A stretch of 64,000 nucleotides of DNA from Squalus acanthias (Eukaryota). The translations under genes and the position numbers were made by a program. Position 1 is the first letter of the stretch. Each line of letters begins with the position of its first letter. Below are positions 24,852 through 36,952 of the stretch, piece after piece. The notes under the pieces were generated by a model. It was not told the DNA's origin. It did not search any database and was given only the letters and a program-made list of their open reading frames with translations. The stretch is taken from assembly GCA_030390025.1 (NCBI GenBank), contig JASTWF010000036.1, positions 2,916,001-2,980,000 on the forward strand, written 5' to 3'.

Positions 24852-26319
24852 ATAAAATATGCAACAAACATTGACGTTTGCTCCAAAGGAAACTGGACAA
24901 TTAATTTTGCAAGTAGTTTTCATGAGTTTTCAACAGAGTGTCTTCAGTGACCGATCCAAGTGACTATTTATTAACAAGGTGCTAAGAGTTTGTTAACAGA
25001 TTTAGCCTCTAAACGAGACAACAGTTAAATGGTCTTCCAACTTCATATTGCACAGGCCAGTGAACTGGTCATTTAAACGCCAGTACTAGCCAACAGTAAA
25101 TTGTAACCGCAATATTTTATGAAGAGCGTGACCAGGGGTTGAACCTCGGATTACCTCAGCAGTGGTCAGTCGATGTAAATAATATTTCAACAAGAGAAAG
25201 AAGAGGTTAATTATTCCCACCCTGATCTGCCCCTATTCACACAGATCCGGTTGACCCCTGAGGATCAGGAGAATGGGAATCTCAAAGTACTACATCCATG
25301 ATAGATGACTGTTATTTCGGGCCACATATGCAGTGAATCAAAGGTGCAGTATCCCTTTTCAAATGTAGTTGTTAATTTCAGGTCAATTTCATTACCAACT
25401 GGTGATCTCTGATCTTATGTTGGTGCAGGTTCAGCAGTAAACCAGTGCCACAACACAACCAAATTAAGCAGCAATAAAGAGAGGTCAGGATTAAAATAAA
25501 GAATCCCTGACAAAGGCAAGCACCAGTGCTATTACCCTGTCCCAGCTTGTATTATATACTTGAAAGGGTACAGGAAACAGGATAAATCCACATTTGGCCC
25601 CAATGAGAGCACTAATAAAAATTTGAATTGCTCCCTTTTTTTTCCAACCTGTTCGGAACGATCAATTTTTTTCTTTGCATTTCGAAAATGACAAGTCGAA
25701 TTTTAAATCTCCCTCTCTTATATCGGGGCCTAGTGATGCCCCAGAGCCAACATCTGGGCCCAACAGAGACATGGAGCAGACTACTGAAGGGCGGTAAGGG
25801 TAGGTAAGACGTAAGTGAGGACCACTGGTATATTGTGTTACTAATTTATCAGTTTTATGGGATTCGGAGGGGTCGGGGGAAGAAATTTAAATTTCATTTT
25901 ATGTAAGGAGCTGAAAATGTCAAAAGCATTAAAGGTGGATGGAGTTGTGTGCAACAATATGGAACTGATTTCAGTCAACCAGTAGGGAAGTGCTCTGTAA
26001 CTGTATTTTAATCTTTTGTTTCAAATTTAATTTGAACCCTGGATTCTCTACGTATTTGTGGTGGTAGAATTAACTGTTTAAAACAATTTTTATTGAACGT
26101 TGTGTATTTTCGGTAAGGCCCTATGAGCTAGCCTAGCTCCCAGTCATGGAATTATATCATGTAACAAATCAACTTCCATTTTAAAACATTGTAAAGTGTG
26201 TATTATTTGTTAAAAAAAGATACTTTTATGGAGAAATGCTTCCGTGGGAATGCACCCAATGAGCTCGGTTAATTATATTCTTACATATCAAAATAATTAT
26301 TTGCTTGTATGCCAGTTTG

Positions 26320-26625
26320 CTTTGAATGGGAAAGCCCAAGTGGTTTAGAGTCAGAGTTGTTAAATGGAATGCGTGATTCCTTCCTGACCCAGTGCATCAA
26401 GGATGCAGCTAGCGGTAGTTATCATCTGGACCTGGTATTTGTTAATGACACAAGCAACATGCAGGAAATTGAAGTTATAGCACTCCTGGGGGATAGTGAC
26501 CATATAATGATCGAGTTTAACATGATCTGTGATTCAGATATACCAAAGACCAGGTGCCATGTATATAATTTTGAAAGAGCTAAATTCACTGAAATTAAGA
26601 AACAAATAAAGCAAATGGATTGATA
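26320..26625 (+). mobile_element. Old CR1 endonuclease fragment
   Basis: DSFLTQCI...LDLVFVN...LGDSDHIMIEF. Confidence 0.8.
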
Positions 26626-26863
26626 GAGGATGCTCAGCTACACTTTAATAGAGGAAAAATGAAAAGGAAGACTTGCATTTCTATAGCGCCTTTTAAAAAC
26701 TTAGGATGTCCCAAGCGCATTACAGTCAATGAAGTACTTTTGAAGTGTAGTCACTGTTGTAATGTAGGAAACGTGGCAGCCAATTTACGCATAACAAGGT
26801 CCCACAAACAACAATGAGAAGTCGCACAACACCAGGTTATAGTCCAACAGTTTTATTTAAAAT

Positions 26864-26898
26864 TACGAGCTTTCGGAGCTCCGATCCTTCTTCAGGTA
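26864..26898 (-). ncRNA. Minimal type I hammerhead ribozyme (stem II mismatch)
   Basis: UAC-CUGAAGA-A-GGAUC-gga-GCUCC-GAA-AGCU-C-GUA. Confidence 0.7.
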
Positions 26899-27024
26899 CA
26901 GGTACAGTGCGGGAATCGATTACACAGTATATATATGATGCGGAGATGCCGGTGTTGGACTGGGGTGGACAAAAATGAGAAGTCGCACAACACCAGGTTA
27001 TAGTCCAACAGTTTTATTTAAAAT

Positions 27025-27059
27025 TACGAGCTTTCGGAGCGCTGCTCCTTCGTCAGGTA
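27025..27059 (-). ncRNA. Minimal type I hammerhead ribozyme
   Basis: UAC-CUGACGA-A-GGAGC-agc-GCUCC-GAA-AGCU-C-GUA: intact core, stems I and II paired, palindromic AGCU stem III. Confidence 0.8.
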
Positions 27060-27063
27060 CCTT

Positions 27064-27099
27064 TACCTGACGAAGGGGCAGCAGCTCCGAAAGCTCGTA
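27064..27099 (+). ncRNA. Minimal type I hammerhead ribozyme
   Basis: UAC-CUGACGA-A-GGGGC-agca-GCUCC-GAA-AGCU-C-GUA. Confidence 0.8.
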
Positions 27100-27870
27100 A
27101 TTTTAAATAAAACTGTTGGACTATAACCTGGTGTTGTGTGACTTCTCACAGTATATATACACAGAGAACAATGTGTCTGCAGAGATACAATCTGTTAGGG
27201 AGGCATTACATCAAAGACACATCAGAGTACAGCTGAGACAATGAGGTGGGTCACAGGGAGTCTAACGTGTCAAATGCTGCCGTCTGCAGTTAAGCTTTTA
27301 ACTTTTTTTTTAAAAACTGGAAAAACAGTCAACGATGTCGAGTCACGTTCTGTAGCGTGACATGAACCCGAGATCCCTGTTGAGGCCGTCCTCATGGGTG
27401 CGGAACTTGGCTATCAGTTTCTGCTCGATGATTTTGCGTTGTCGTGTGTCTCGAAGGCCGCCTTGGAGAACGCTAACCCGCAGATCCGAGGCTGAATGTC
27501 CTTGACTGCTGAAGTGTTCCCCGTCTGGGAGGTAACAATCCTGCCTGGCGATTGTTGCGCGGTGTCCGTTCATACGTTGTCTCAGTGTCTGCACGGTCTC
27601 GCCGATGTACCTCAACGGGATCTCGGGTTCATGTCACGCTACAGAACGTGACTCGACATCGTTGTCTGTTTTTCCAGTTTTAAAAAAAAAGTTAAAAGCT
27701 TAACTGCAGACGGCAGCATTTGACACGTTGGACCCCCTGTGACCTACCTCATTGTCTTAGCTGTACTCTGATGTGTCTTTGATGTAATGCCTCCCTAACA
27801 GATTGTATCTCTGCAGACACATTGTTCTCTGTGTATATATACTGTGTAATCGATTCCCTCACTGTACCTT

Positions 27871-27905
27871 TACCTGAAGAAGGAGCGGAGCTCCGAAAGC
27901 TCATA
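27871..27905 (+). ncRNA. Minimal type I hammerhead ribozyme (stem I mismatch)
   Basis: UAC-CUGAAGA-A-GGAGC-gga-GCUCC-GAA-AGCU-C-AUA. Confidence 0.7.
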
Positions 27906-28256
27906 ATTTTAAATAAAACTGTTGGACTATAACCTGGTGTTGTGCGACTTCTCATTTTTGTCCACCCCAGTCCAACACCGGCATCTCCGCATCAAAACAA
28001 CAATGAGATAGTGACCATATAATCTGTTTTAATGATGTTGGTTGATGGATAAATATTGGCCAGGACCTCCACTGCTCTTCTTCAAATAGTGCCATGGGAT
28101 CTTTTACATCCACCTGAGAGAGCAGATGGGGCCTCGGTTTAACGTCTCATCCAAAAGATGGCATGTCCGACAGTGCAGCACTCCCTCACTACTGCACTAC
28201 GGTGTCAACTTAGATTATGTGACCAAGTTTCTGGAGTGGGACTATGAACCCACAAT

Positions 28257-28294
<38 letters not shown>

Positions 28295-28565
28295 AGGATG
28301 ACACCACCAAAAGGGATCAACACATGGAAATGACCTTCCAATAGAGTAGTGGAAGCGTAAACTCTGGAATCATTTAAGAAACAATTGGATGCTGCGATAG
28401 GATCTTTTTGGATAGATGTATTAAGATGGGCTGAATGGCCTCTTCATCTGTAATTATCCTGTGATCTTGCCTGCAATTCCCCCTCTTCTACTGGATAATA
28501 AAAATTGGTGGACAATCAAGAATCTCCACATTTTGGTCTACGCATGGTACAGGAATACACTAATT

Positions 28566-29255
28566 ATGGTATTTGACCCTGAGCTAAGCTTCCAACCCAT
28601 ATCCTCTCCATCACTAAGACCATCTATTTCCACCTCCGTAATATCGCCCGTCTCCGCCCCTCATCTCCTGCTGAAACCCTCATTCATGCCTTTGTTACCT
28701 CCAGATTCGACCATTCCAATGCTCTCCTGGCCGGCCTCCCACCTTGCACTACTCTGTAAACTTCAGCTCATCCAAAACTGTGCTACCCATATCCTAACGC
28801 ACCAAGTCCCGTTCACCCATCACCCCTGTAGTCACTGACTGACATTGGCTCCCAGCCCGGCAATGCCTCGATTTTAAAATTCTCACCCTTGTGTACCCTT
28901 GCGCCCCGCACCTCCCTATCTCTGTAACCTCCTCCAGCCCTACAAACCTCCGAGATCTCAGCGCTCCTCCAATTCTGGCCTCTTGCTCATTCCCGATTTT
29001 CATCGCTCCACCATTGGCGGCCGTGCCTTCAGCTGCCTGGGCCCTAAGCTCTGGAATTTCCCCCCTAAACTTCTCCGCCTCTCTACCTCTCCTCCTTTAA
29101 GATGCTCTTTTCAAACCTACCTCTTTGACCAAGCTTTTTTGGTCACCTGCCCCAGTATCTCCTTATGTGGCTCGGTGTCAATTTTTTGTCTGATTACGCT
29201 CCTGTGTAGCGCCTTGGGACGTTTTGCTACAGTAAAGGCGCTAGATAAATAAATG
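28566..29255 (+). mobile_element. L2 LINE 3' fragment
   Basis: RSTIGGRAFSCLGPKLWN...TYLFDQAF and L2 tail. Confidence 0.9.
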
Positions 29256-30359
29256 CGTGCTGTTGTTGGTGTTATGGTATTGAAGGCAAGTAGCAAATAG
29301 ATAACAAAAGAAACATGTTGTAGGTTTGGTCCCTCATGCACAGCTTCATCCTTTAAAAACTCTGGCTGTTAGTTGAATAATAAGAGTGCAGATAATGGAG
29401 ATTTCACTACATGATTGGATTCCAAGTTATTTGGAAACTTGATTCTGAACTAGCAGCCATGGCAATTTAAAGGGAGAGATCAGGTTAGGAAATACTTATA
29501 ATAAAAAAAGAAATACTGTCAACAATTTTCTTAAATTCTCTAGACAAGGCGGAGTTTCAGTGAATTTACTGATGGCCCATAGCTCTTCTAGAGTGGAAGT
29601 GAACATCACAGTGTTTATATATTTCAAAGGAATTCAGTTTTAATGCTGTCCTGCCTTTGAAGATGCTCCTCCCCTCCTCTTCTCATAGCTACAAGAGCCC
29701 CTAAAGATCCCTACTTCTTATCTATTAATGCAGGCCGACAACCAAATGTAAATATTCCCATAAAGGTCAATTGAAAGCATGTGGTGCTATTTTAAATGGC
29801 ATTTTGAGTTTAGTCAGACCAAAGCCTCCTTCATCAGGAAAAGAGCTTATCCTCTGGGGAGTCATCTTGTAAAAGTTGGCCAGAATCTGATGATTCAGTG
29901 ACAGAGAGGCAATCTCAGGAGGAGTAAAAATGGCCAGGATCCTTCCCGACCTGCAGAACACTGCGGTCAACCAGCTGTGGACTAATGTTGATGGTGATTG
30001 TGGTAAAACCTATGAACCAGACTCTTCTGCCCTGTGTGACTTTGTTGGGAGGGGCACTACATGACAATCATTGACAGAGTAATGCTTGTTCTCCAACCAA
30101 AAATAAACACACTACAGGAGCACAGCCAACTGCAAACGTGTGGTTCTCCCCCTATCAGCTGCATTCCTCGGTGTAGATGTGCCAAGGTTCAGGGCACCAA
30201 CAGCAGAGGGTTAAGGACACCAGCTTCCGTGAGGTAAACACAGGCAGCCAGTCTCACGTGTTTACCTTCTAGGCTTCTGCACTGCACAGTGAAGCCCAGC
30301 AATGCTACATAAACCAGCCCCTAGCACAGAGTGTAAAAGGGGGAAGAGAGGCACAATGA

Positions 30360-30475
30360 AAGATAGAAAGATCTTGCATTTCTACAGCGCCTTTCACGAC
30401 CTCAGGACGTCCCAAAGCGCTTTACAGCCAATAACGTACTTTTGAAGCGTAGTCACTGTTGTAATGTAGGAAGTC
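30360..30475 (-). mobile_element. SacSINE1-type 3' fragment
   Basis: Reverse-complement match to the tail of 4279-4724. Confidence 0.8.
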
Positions 30476-31729
30476 ACTGAGGTCACTCTCCTGAAACAAG
30501 ATCACAAAAAGTGCCTATAAGGGATGATTCTGCGATTTGGCACTTACAGTAGACAGTGGCACTTATAGAGAGCGCAGGTTGGGTAACTGCCACATGGATG
30601 GAAAATCACAGGCTGTGCGCCCACGATTTCCTAGTGTGCACTACCTGCAAGTGCCACTTCCTACTGGCAATGTAGTCTCATCACACCTCAGATCCTTGAA
30701 GAACACCCTTCAACTGATGAACGGCCACCTCTTAACACAAGATTTTGTGAATACCCTTGGGACTGAGTCTAAATGAGCACCGTGCATTGATGGCACACCT
30801 CACCCTGCCTCTGTCATTGCAGTCAAGTGTTTCCTTTAGTTCTTCCTTATTGGGATATCAAAGCTAACCATCACAGTGGTTCACAATGGTGCAGTAAGGG
30901 GCGCTCTTCTGAGTTTAAGGTTAAGGTACACGGATGAGGGAGGTTAGTTTTCTGCTGGTTGCTACTTCCAGTGAAATTGTAAACCTGTTGTTTTAGACTC
31001 TATTAACAATCTCACCGGAGGAAATCTTCCCGCCACGTTTTCAATGTCGCGAACACGCAGTGACCAGAGGGAATCCTTCCCCCAGTTGTCAAGGGGATGA
31101 AGCTTTATTCTGCTGGTATAGTGGGCTATACCTGGCCTGGATGCTGGCGCAGCAGAAGGCAAATTGTGCTCTATTCCCCAGCATCAGTATCCCTGACAGC
31201 CAGGTCTTCCTCTCACAGCCAAAAAGCAAAATATGTGCATCTCAATGAAGTAATTTTAACTTTTTATGAATTGGTAGAGGAGCGACATCGAGATGAATGG
31301 GATTACACCTTAACCAATGTGATAGCAATAATCTTGCGCATCGATTGTGGATTTTGCCAGTGTTGCCAAGTTTCAGCATCCACTGTGTTCCAGATATTTG
31401 GGTACTTTCATTTCACCTGCATGGGATGGGAGGGAAGGGAAGGGAAGGGAGGAAGGCGTCACTTGCATTTATATAGCATCTTTCTCCTCGGGATGTCCGA
31501 AAGCACTTCACAGCCAATAAATTACTTTTGAAGCGTTGTAAATGTATTTCTTTTCTCTTAATTTGCTAATTGCACACCCCACCCCTCTCCTGGAATGAGA
31601 TGAGAGTGCTACTCACTGAGCCAAGCTGACACTTTCCACTGTAAACTTTATATTGTAAGTGACAAATTTAGAATTTAAGGGGAGGGATGGGGGTGTGGAA
31701 TCAGCAAATTAAGAGAAAATAAATAAATT

Positions 31730-31890
31730 TACTAAAAAATACAGCAGATCCATCAGCATCTAAAAAGAGAAATAGCAGGTTCTTGTTTCAGGTAGAGATC
31801 CTTCATCACAACCCTCTTTACAGACACGAACAGACTTGTCGTGTATTTCCAGCATTTTCTGCTCTTTTTTCAGATTTTCACTGTTTGTGC
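31730..31890. mobile_element. Old Penelope pseudo-LTR remnant with decayed hammerhead
   Basis: Imperfect inverted arms around GTTTCAGGTAGAGATCCTTCATCAC (reverse complement gUGAUGA...GAAAC). Confidence 0.45.
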
Positions 31891-31903
31891 TTTTTTAGCT
31901 GTT

Positions 31904-33170
31904 TGTTGTTTTTAAACAGTCTTCTGTTCTTCCGTTGAGTAGTAAAGAATTCAGGACTAGAAATTCGGTGCATTTGCGCCTCCCGTTAGCGTCTCCGGGG
32001 GGCGCTAACGGGGCACAAACAACTTTTCACCCAGGCGCGGCGCCGCAAACGACTCCCACTAAATTCAGCGGGAGTTTAGCGGCGGCGGTAACCGGTAGCG
32101 CCCTACTCCGCTGCGCAGGCGATGATGACATCAGCACCGTGCGCAGCGCCCAGTTTTCGCCCCGCCTGCAAAATTGGCCCACGTCCCATGAATCTGCGGC
32201 GGGCGATGGCAGCGACTGATTCAGCGGGCGGGGAAAAAAAATTGGCCAACTTACTTGTCGCGGCCCGTTGCGTCTTTCAATGCAGGGTCCGTGCCACGAT
32301 CTGGCAGCCCAGTACTCCTCTTGAGTGCCGGGCTGCTGGCACGGCACCCCGCTCCCCGGTGGTCCAGGTAGAGCCCCGCAGAGGTGTGGCCTTGGGCCCT
32401 CCCCTTTAATGAGGGGAGGAGCCCTTCCATGCGGCAGCGCTACGTGGCTCAGTGCGTAGCGCTGCAGAACGCACCGCCCCGATATTCGGGGTTAGCGCTC
32501 TAAGAAAGAAGTGGAGCACTTGAATTAGTGCTCCACCTCCCTCTTGGGGCGCTAAAACTGAAGTTAGCGATTGCCAGCGCTTTTTTTCACCGGGCGCTAA
32601 ATTTATCGCCCAGGCGATGTTAGCGACCCAAAATGGTCGCAAACGAATTTTTCCCCTTTAGTCTTATGGTTACAATCACTTTATTTTTCACCAATTTCAT
32701 TCAGACCAATACTTTATTGACTAAACACAATACAGAACAGATAAAATAAAACAAAATAGCACGTGCTTACAGTAAATTACATCTTTCCTTTTCTTTCTTC
32801 AGGTGTCTTTCCAAATGACTGTAACAATATTGACTATAACTGAACAAAAAAATTGGTTTTTCAGTGAAACAGAACTTTTAACACTCTTACACAAAAGGGA
32901 AAAGAGGGCGGAGCCACAGTGGCACCAAAAACCTTCACACAAGCTTTTTAAAGAGGCAGTACATTAAAATCTTGCAGCTTTTAACAGTAGAAAAGGGACA
33001 GAATCATTCCCTTTCTCCTTCTTTATTCCATCATAGACTATCTTATCCTTTTTTCCTCAAACCAATTTTCAATTTCTGATGTTTGCTACTTAACCTCATT
33101 TGCAAAAGCAGTCAATTATAACCAAGACGTACTGGTTCCTCTCCTGATTCTTCTGAAACTGGTCAATGCA
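31904..33170 (-). mobile_element. Probable LTR (R/U5 end at 31904), interrupted by a MITE
   Basis: About 80 nt match the LTR end at 42849-42925, including the minus-strand AATAAA and terminal ACAACA; right boundary uncertain. Confidence 0.55.
31954..32657. mobile_element. Harbinger-type MITE (about 700 bp, CpG-rich)
   Basis: Ends GGACTAGAAATTCG / CGAATTTTTCCCCT; 3-bp flanks TCA/TTA; empty site seen at 42885-42905. Confidence 0.8.
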
Positions 33171-35060
33171 ATCAATCTGCAAATTTCTCTCTATCTACCC
33201 TATCAGTTCCCCTTAATATCTTGAAAACTTCGATCAAATCACCCCCCCACCACCTTTTTTTAAATTCCAGGGAATACAACTGTAGTTGTGTAAGCTCTCC
33301 TCATAATTTAACCCTTGAATTCTGATACATCTACGCTGCACTCCCTCCAAGGCCAACATATCCTTCCCTAGGTGTGGTCTAACCAGGGCTTTGTATAGCT
33401 GTAGCATAACTTCTATCCCCTTGTATTTTAGTCTTCTAGATATAAAGGCCAGCATGCCATTAGCCTTTTTGATTATTTCTCTACCTTTCAATGACATTTT
33501 AATGATTTATGTACACGGATCCCCAAGTCTCTTTGGACTGAAGGGATTATTACTAGTCCTAGCCCCTTTAGGGCTACCCCAGATCAGGCGTATTTCCCAG
33601 ACGTTCACTTTCAACTAAAGTTTGAGGTAGCCGAATCCTAAAGACGCTTAATTGGGTCTAAAGGTCCAGACTATCTCTCCTTAAAGGAAAGGAACAACCT
33701 GAAGATGTTACCGTCCTCCAGATAGCACTTTTAATAAGTTTAGCTAGACTGTAACATTCCGGATATTATGAGGGTCCGGAAAACTCCCCCAGAATTCTGC
33801 AACTCCTCACCAAAGAGTGTACAGAGATTGAGTTCGCGAGTTTGATACAGAAGTATTATGTGAGATAATTCTAAAAATATATAGATTTATTAAAGAACCG
33901 ACATGTAATTACAGTAGGTGTTTCAATCGCAACATTAACAGTTCCAAAAAGAGAAAGCTTACAATTCTTATCATCAGATCTTAACTTCGCTACAATTTTA
34001 CAGTTCTTAGTCTTTATTCCAGGATATCCACCAAAATCAAATACAGTACAATACCTTAATCCCCAAGGTACAAAGAGTTGTAGACTTACAGAGCCGCCTC
34101 TGAAGCCTGAGAATTGCTTTGCCCCTTTACAGCGAATCTATCCTCCCATTTGAAAGTTCAATATTTATACCCTTTTTCAGTGGTATTTCCTTTGAAGTTT
34201 TCTGCTGATGTAAGCTAATTATCTCTAGTCATTTTTCTGCTGACCCCTGCTATTCTTACAGTCACCTCAGCTGGTAGCAATGCAGAATTATGTCTCTACC
34301 CCAGGTGTCCCAAGCCCACCATAAAATACGGTGTAACAGCGGGTGCATCTATTTGATGTCATTTTTACCAAGGTCTTCTGTTTGTGTCTTTTTACGAAGT
34401 GTAAATTAAAACCCCTCAACCAGGGTGATCTATGCAATTCTTAGTCACCTCAGCTGGTTGTAACACAGAATTATGTCTCTCTAGGTGTTCCAAGTTCAAC
34501 ACAAAAATGGTTTGACGGCAGGTGTTTCTTTTACTTGATGTCATTTTTACGAAGGTATATGTTTCTTAATTTTATGTGCCTGTTTACAAAGTGTAACTTA
34601 GAACACCTTAACAGGGTGTACCATTGTGTTCTTTCCAAAACTTCAGACTTCAGGAGCCTTCAACCTCCTGTTTCAAGAAGGTTATTGATTCAGTGTCAAC
34701 AACTTATCTTATCCCAATAGCCTGAATGCTGTTAACAATACAGCTTCTCCATTGTTAGGTTTTTAGATTTTCAAGCCCAGTTTGTCATGTTTGAATAAGG
34801 CCAGAAATCTTTCATAGAATGGTGTATTTTTCTGAATATGGCTTATTCCTTCACAGGACCTCCATTGTTTCTAGCTTTTCACCATTTAGAAAGTATTCTG
34901 TTCTATCCGTTTTAGGTCCAAAGTGGATGAACTCACATTTGCCTATATTAAAATCCATTTGTCACAGTTTTGCCCATTCATTTAATCTATTAATATCTAT
35001 TTGTATTTTATGCTTCCATCAACACTGCTTACATTGCTGCCTATCTTTGTGTCATCGACA
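33170..35060 (-). mobile_element. CR1 fragment interrupted by a solo LTR
   Basis: KKANGMLAFISR...LYKALVRPHL at 33234-33497; continues after 34856. Confidence 0.8.
33539..34855 (-). mobile_element. Solo LTR (1.3 kb)
   Basis: TG...CA ends (TGAAGG / CCTTCACA), 4-bp TSD GGAC (33535-33538 / 34856-34859), minus-strand TATAAA near 34165 and AATAAA near 33890, internal tandem duplication of about 183 bp. Confidence 0.78.
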
Positions 35061-36134
35061 GCACTTTGTAATTGTTCAGATTGATTTAAAATAAGACAGG
35101 TTTTTTTTTTAACTCTAAGTCCAATGTTTTGAAAAGTTCAAATTCATTTTCTACCAGACACAATGGCAACTGTAATTTCAAGGCTGAAGCTTGGACTGAA
35201 ACTTATCTTTTGTTTTTTGCTTTTTGTCTTTTTGCTTTTCTTGGTCTTTCCATACCAGCGTTTTTAACTTAAATTGTAGTTCAAAGTTTTTTCCCAATTC
35301 TGGGTGCACAATCTTGAATTAAAATGAACACACCCAATCAACTATATTCACACTTTTATGCAACTTCGAAATATAATTGCTAACGTTTCTAACGATTTCT
35401 TATCTCTGGTCCTCTCAACATTGTTTGAGTCCATCACCCTTAATTCTGCCACCTTTTGATACGAGTCCACGTCTGGACTGCTCGAAAACAACACTAATTT
35501 CTTATCTCTGGCCCTTTCCCCTTTGGATTTGGCCCCTATTTCCTTCCATTGATCCCTGCAATTGGTTATGAACTCATTTATGTGATATTCCCTGGTCACG
35601 AGCCAAGAAACATTCACACGCACTCTCGGAAACTTTTTCCCTTTTTTAAAAAATAAAAACAAAACATGCTGAAGACACTTGTCCTATTTCTTCCTCACAG
35701 CAATCCTATTTCTTTAACTTTGGCTGTGGGCTTTTTAACTTCTTTCTCCTTTTCCTAACCCCTTTTGTTACACCTGAACCCAGAGTTTGTTATTAGCTAC
35801 TATTTACGCTGCAAACTTATCAGGTAATGTCACGCCTGGAGGTAAGGAAGCTTGCAGCAGCAGAAAAGCATCCTCGTCTGTCAAGGCGTATGCCTGCTGT
35901 AGCAATCGAATTTTACTTCGTAACTGAGTTGGGTCTCCTATTCCCTCATATTTGGGCAATTGGCCACTGAGTTGGCACAATTCTGAAAGGGTCAGATCCC
36001 AACTTACTTCTTTATCTTTGTATTCATATACTACATGACTTTCCCTGTTTGTCGTCCCTCCTGTGTGCAGGTGGTGGTAACTATGTGGGCCATCTTAACA
36101 GACCTGTGTACCCCCGTACTATCTCCTGTTTTAG

Positions 36135-36345
36135 ATAGAGAGAGACTTGCATTTATATAGCGCCTTTCACGACCACCGAAGTCTCAAGGCGCTTTACAGC
36201 CAATGAAGTACCTTTGAAGTGGAGTCACTGTTGTAATGTGGGAAACGCAGCAGCCAATTTGCGCACAGCAAGCTCCCACAAACAGCAATGTGATAATGAC
36301 CAGATAATCTGTTTTTGTTATGTTGTTTGAGGGATAAGTATTGAG
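36135..36345 (-). mobile_element. 5'-truncated SacSINE1-type SINE
   Basis: Reverse-complement match to 4510-4724. Confidence 0.88.
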
Positions 36346-36952
36346 ACCTGGTATAATCGGCTTCACTCACTGGATTACTACTGATACTAGAAGTATCACT
36401 TCCCCCCTGCTCGGCATTAGAGACCTCCACCTTCAGTGGTCTTTCAAACTGTGGGGGCGCTGTTGGGAGGACTGGATCATCCTCGTCATCGTCACTACTG
36501 GATTCCTCCTCGTGAGTGCCGAAGGACAAGGCTGCCACTCTAACTTTTAATTCTTTAATCTTTTTCTTGTCCTCTGCTCTTCCCCGTCTCTCCTCTCTCC
36601 ATCACCTTACTACCTTTCTCTCCTTGCTTCCCTGCGACAAAGTCCATAGTTCCAGGAGAGCAGGAGTTAAAAAGCTGCACAAGAGGGGACAGAGAACCAG
36701 CGGGAGCTCGGCTCTGTGACACCCCCCAACCGCATTTGGAGAAAAATAAAAGGTGACATCACAGGGAAAAGGGTAAGTGATTGGTTGGTGAGTATTTTGC
36801 TCACTTCCCTTATCTTTTAAAGCCCAGGAAATTTATTAGTAATTGTAAGGTTTCATTAGTACTAGTTTACTAGCAGTAATAAATCTTATTAGGTGGAGTA
36901 GGGATTATTAATTATTAATTAATAAAAATAAATTAATTAAGACTCAGTAAAG

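Larger units (their letters stand above)
26820..27994 (-). mobile_element. Penelope-like element: GIY-YIG C-terminus with inverted pseudo-LTRs
   Basis: ORF 27343-27615 YIGET..LRQRMNGHR...EQKLIAKFRTHEDGLN; inverted duplication 27149-27381 vs 27612-27845; 14-bp TSD AAACAACAATGAGA (26806-26819 / 27995-28008). Confidence 0.92.
26665..28305 (-). mobile_element. SacSINE1/DeuSINE-type SINE interrupted by Penelope
   Basis: Reverse-complement match to 4279-4724 over 26665-26819 and 27995-28305. Confidence 0.85.

Noticed and set aside
32780..32850. Strong plus-strand splice acceptor TTTCCTTTTCTTTCTTCAG
   Set aside because: Lies within the probable LTR; no upstream exon or recognisable product.
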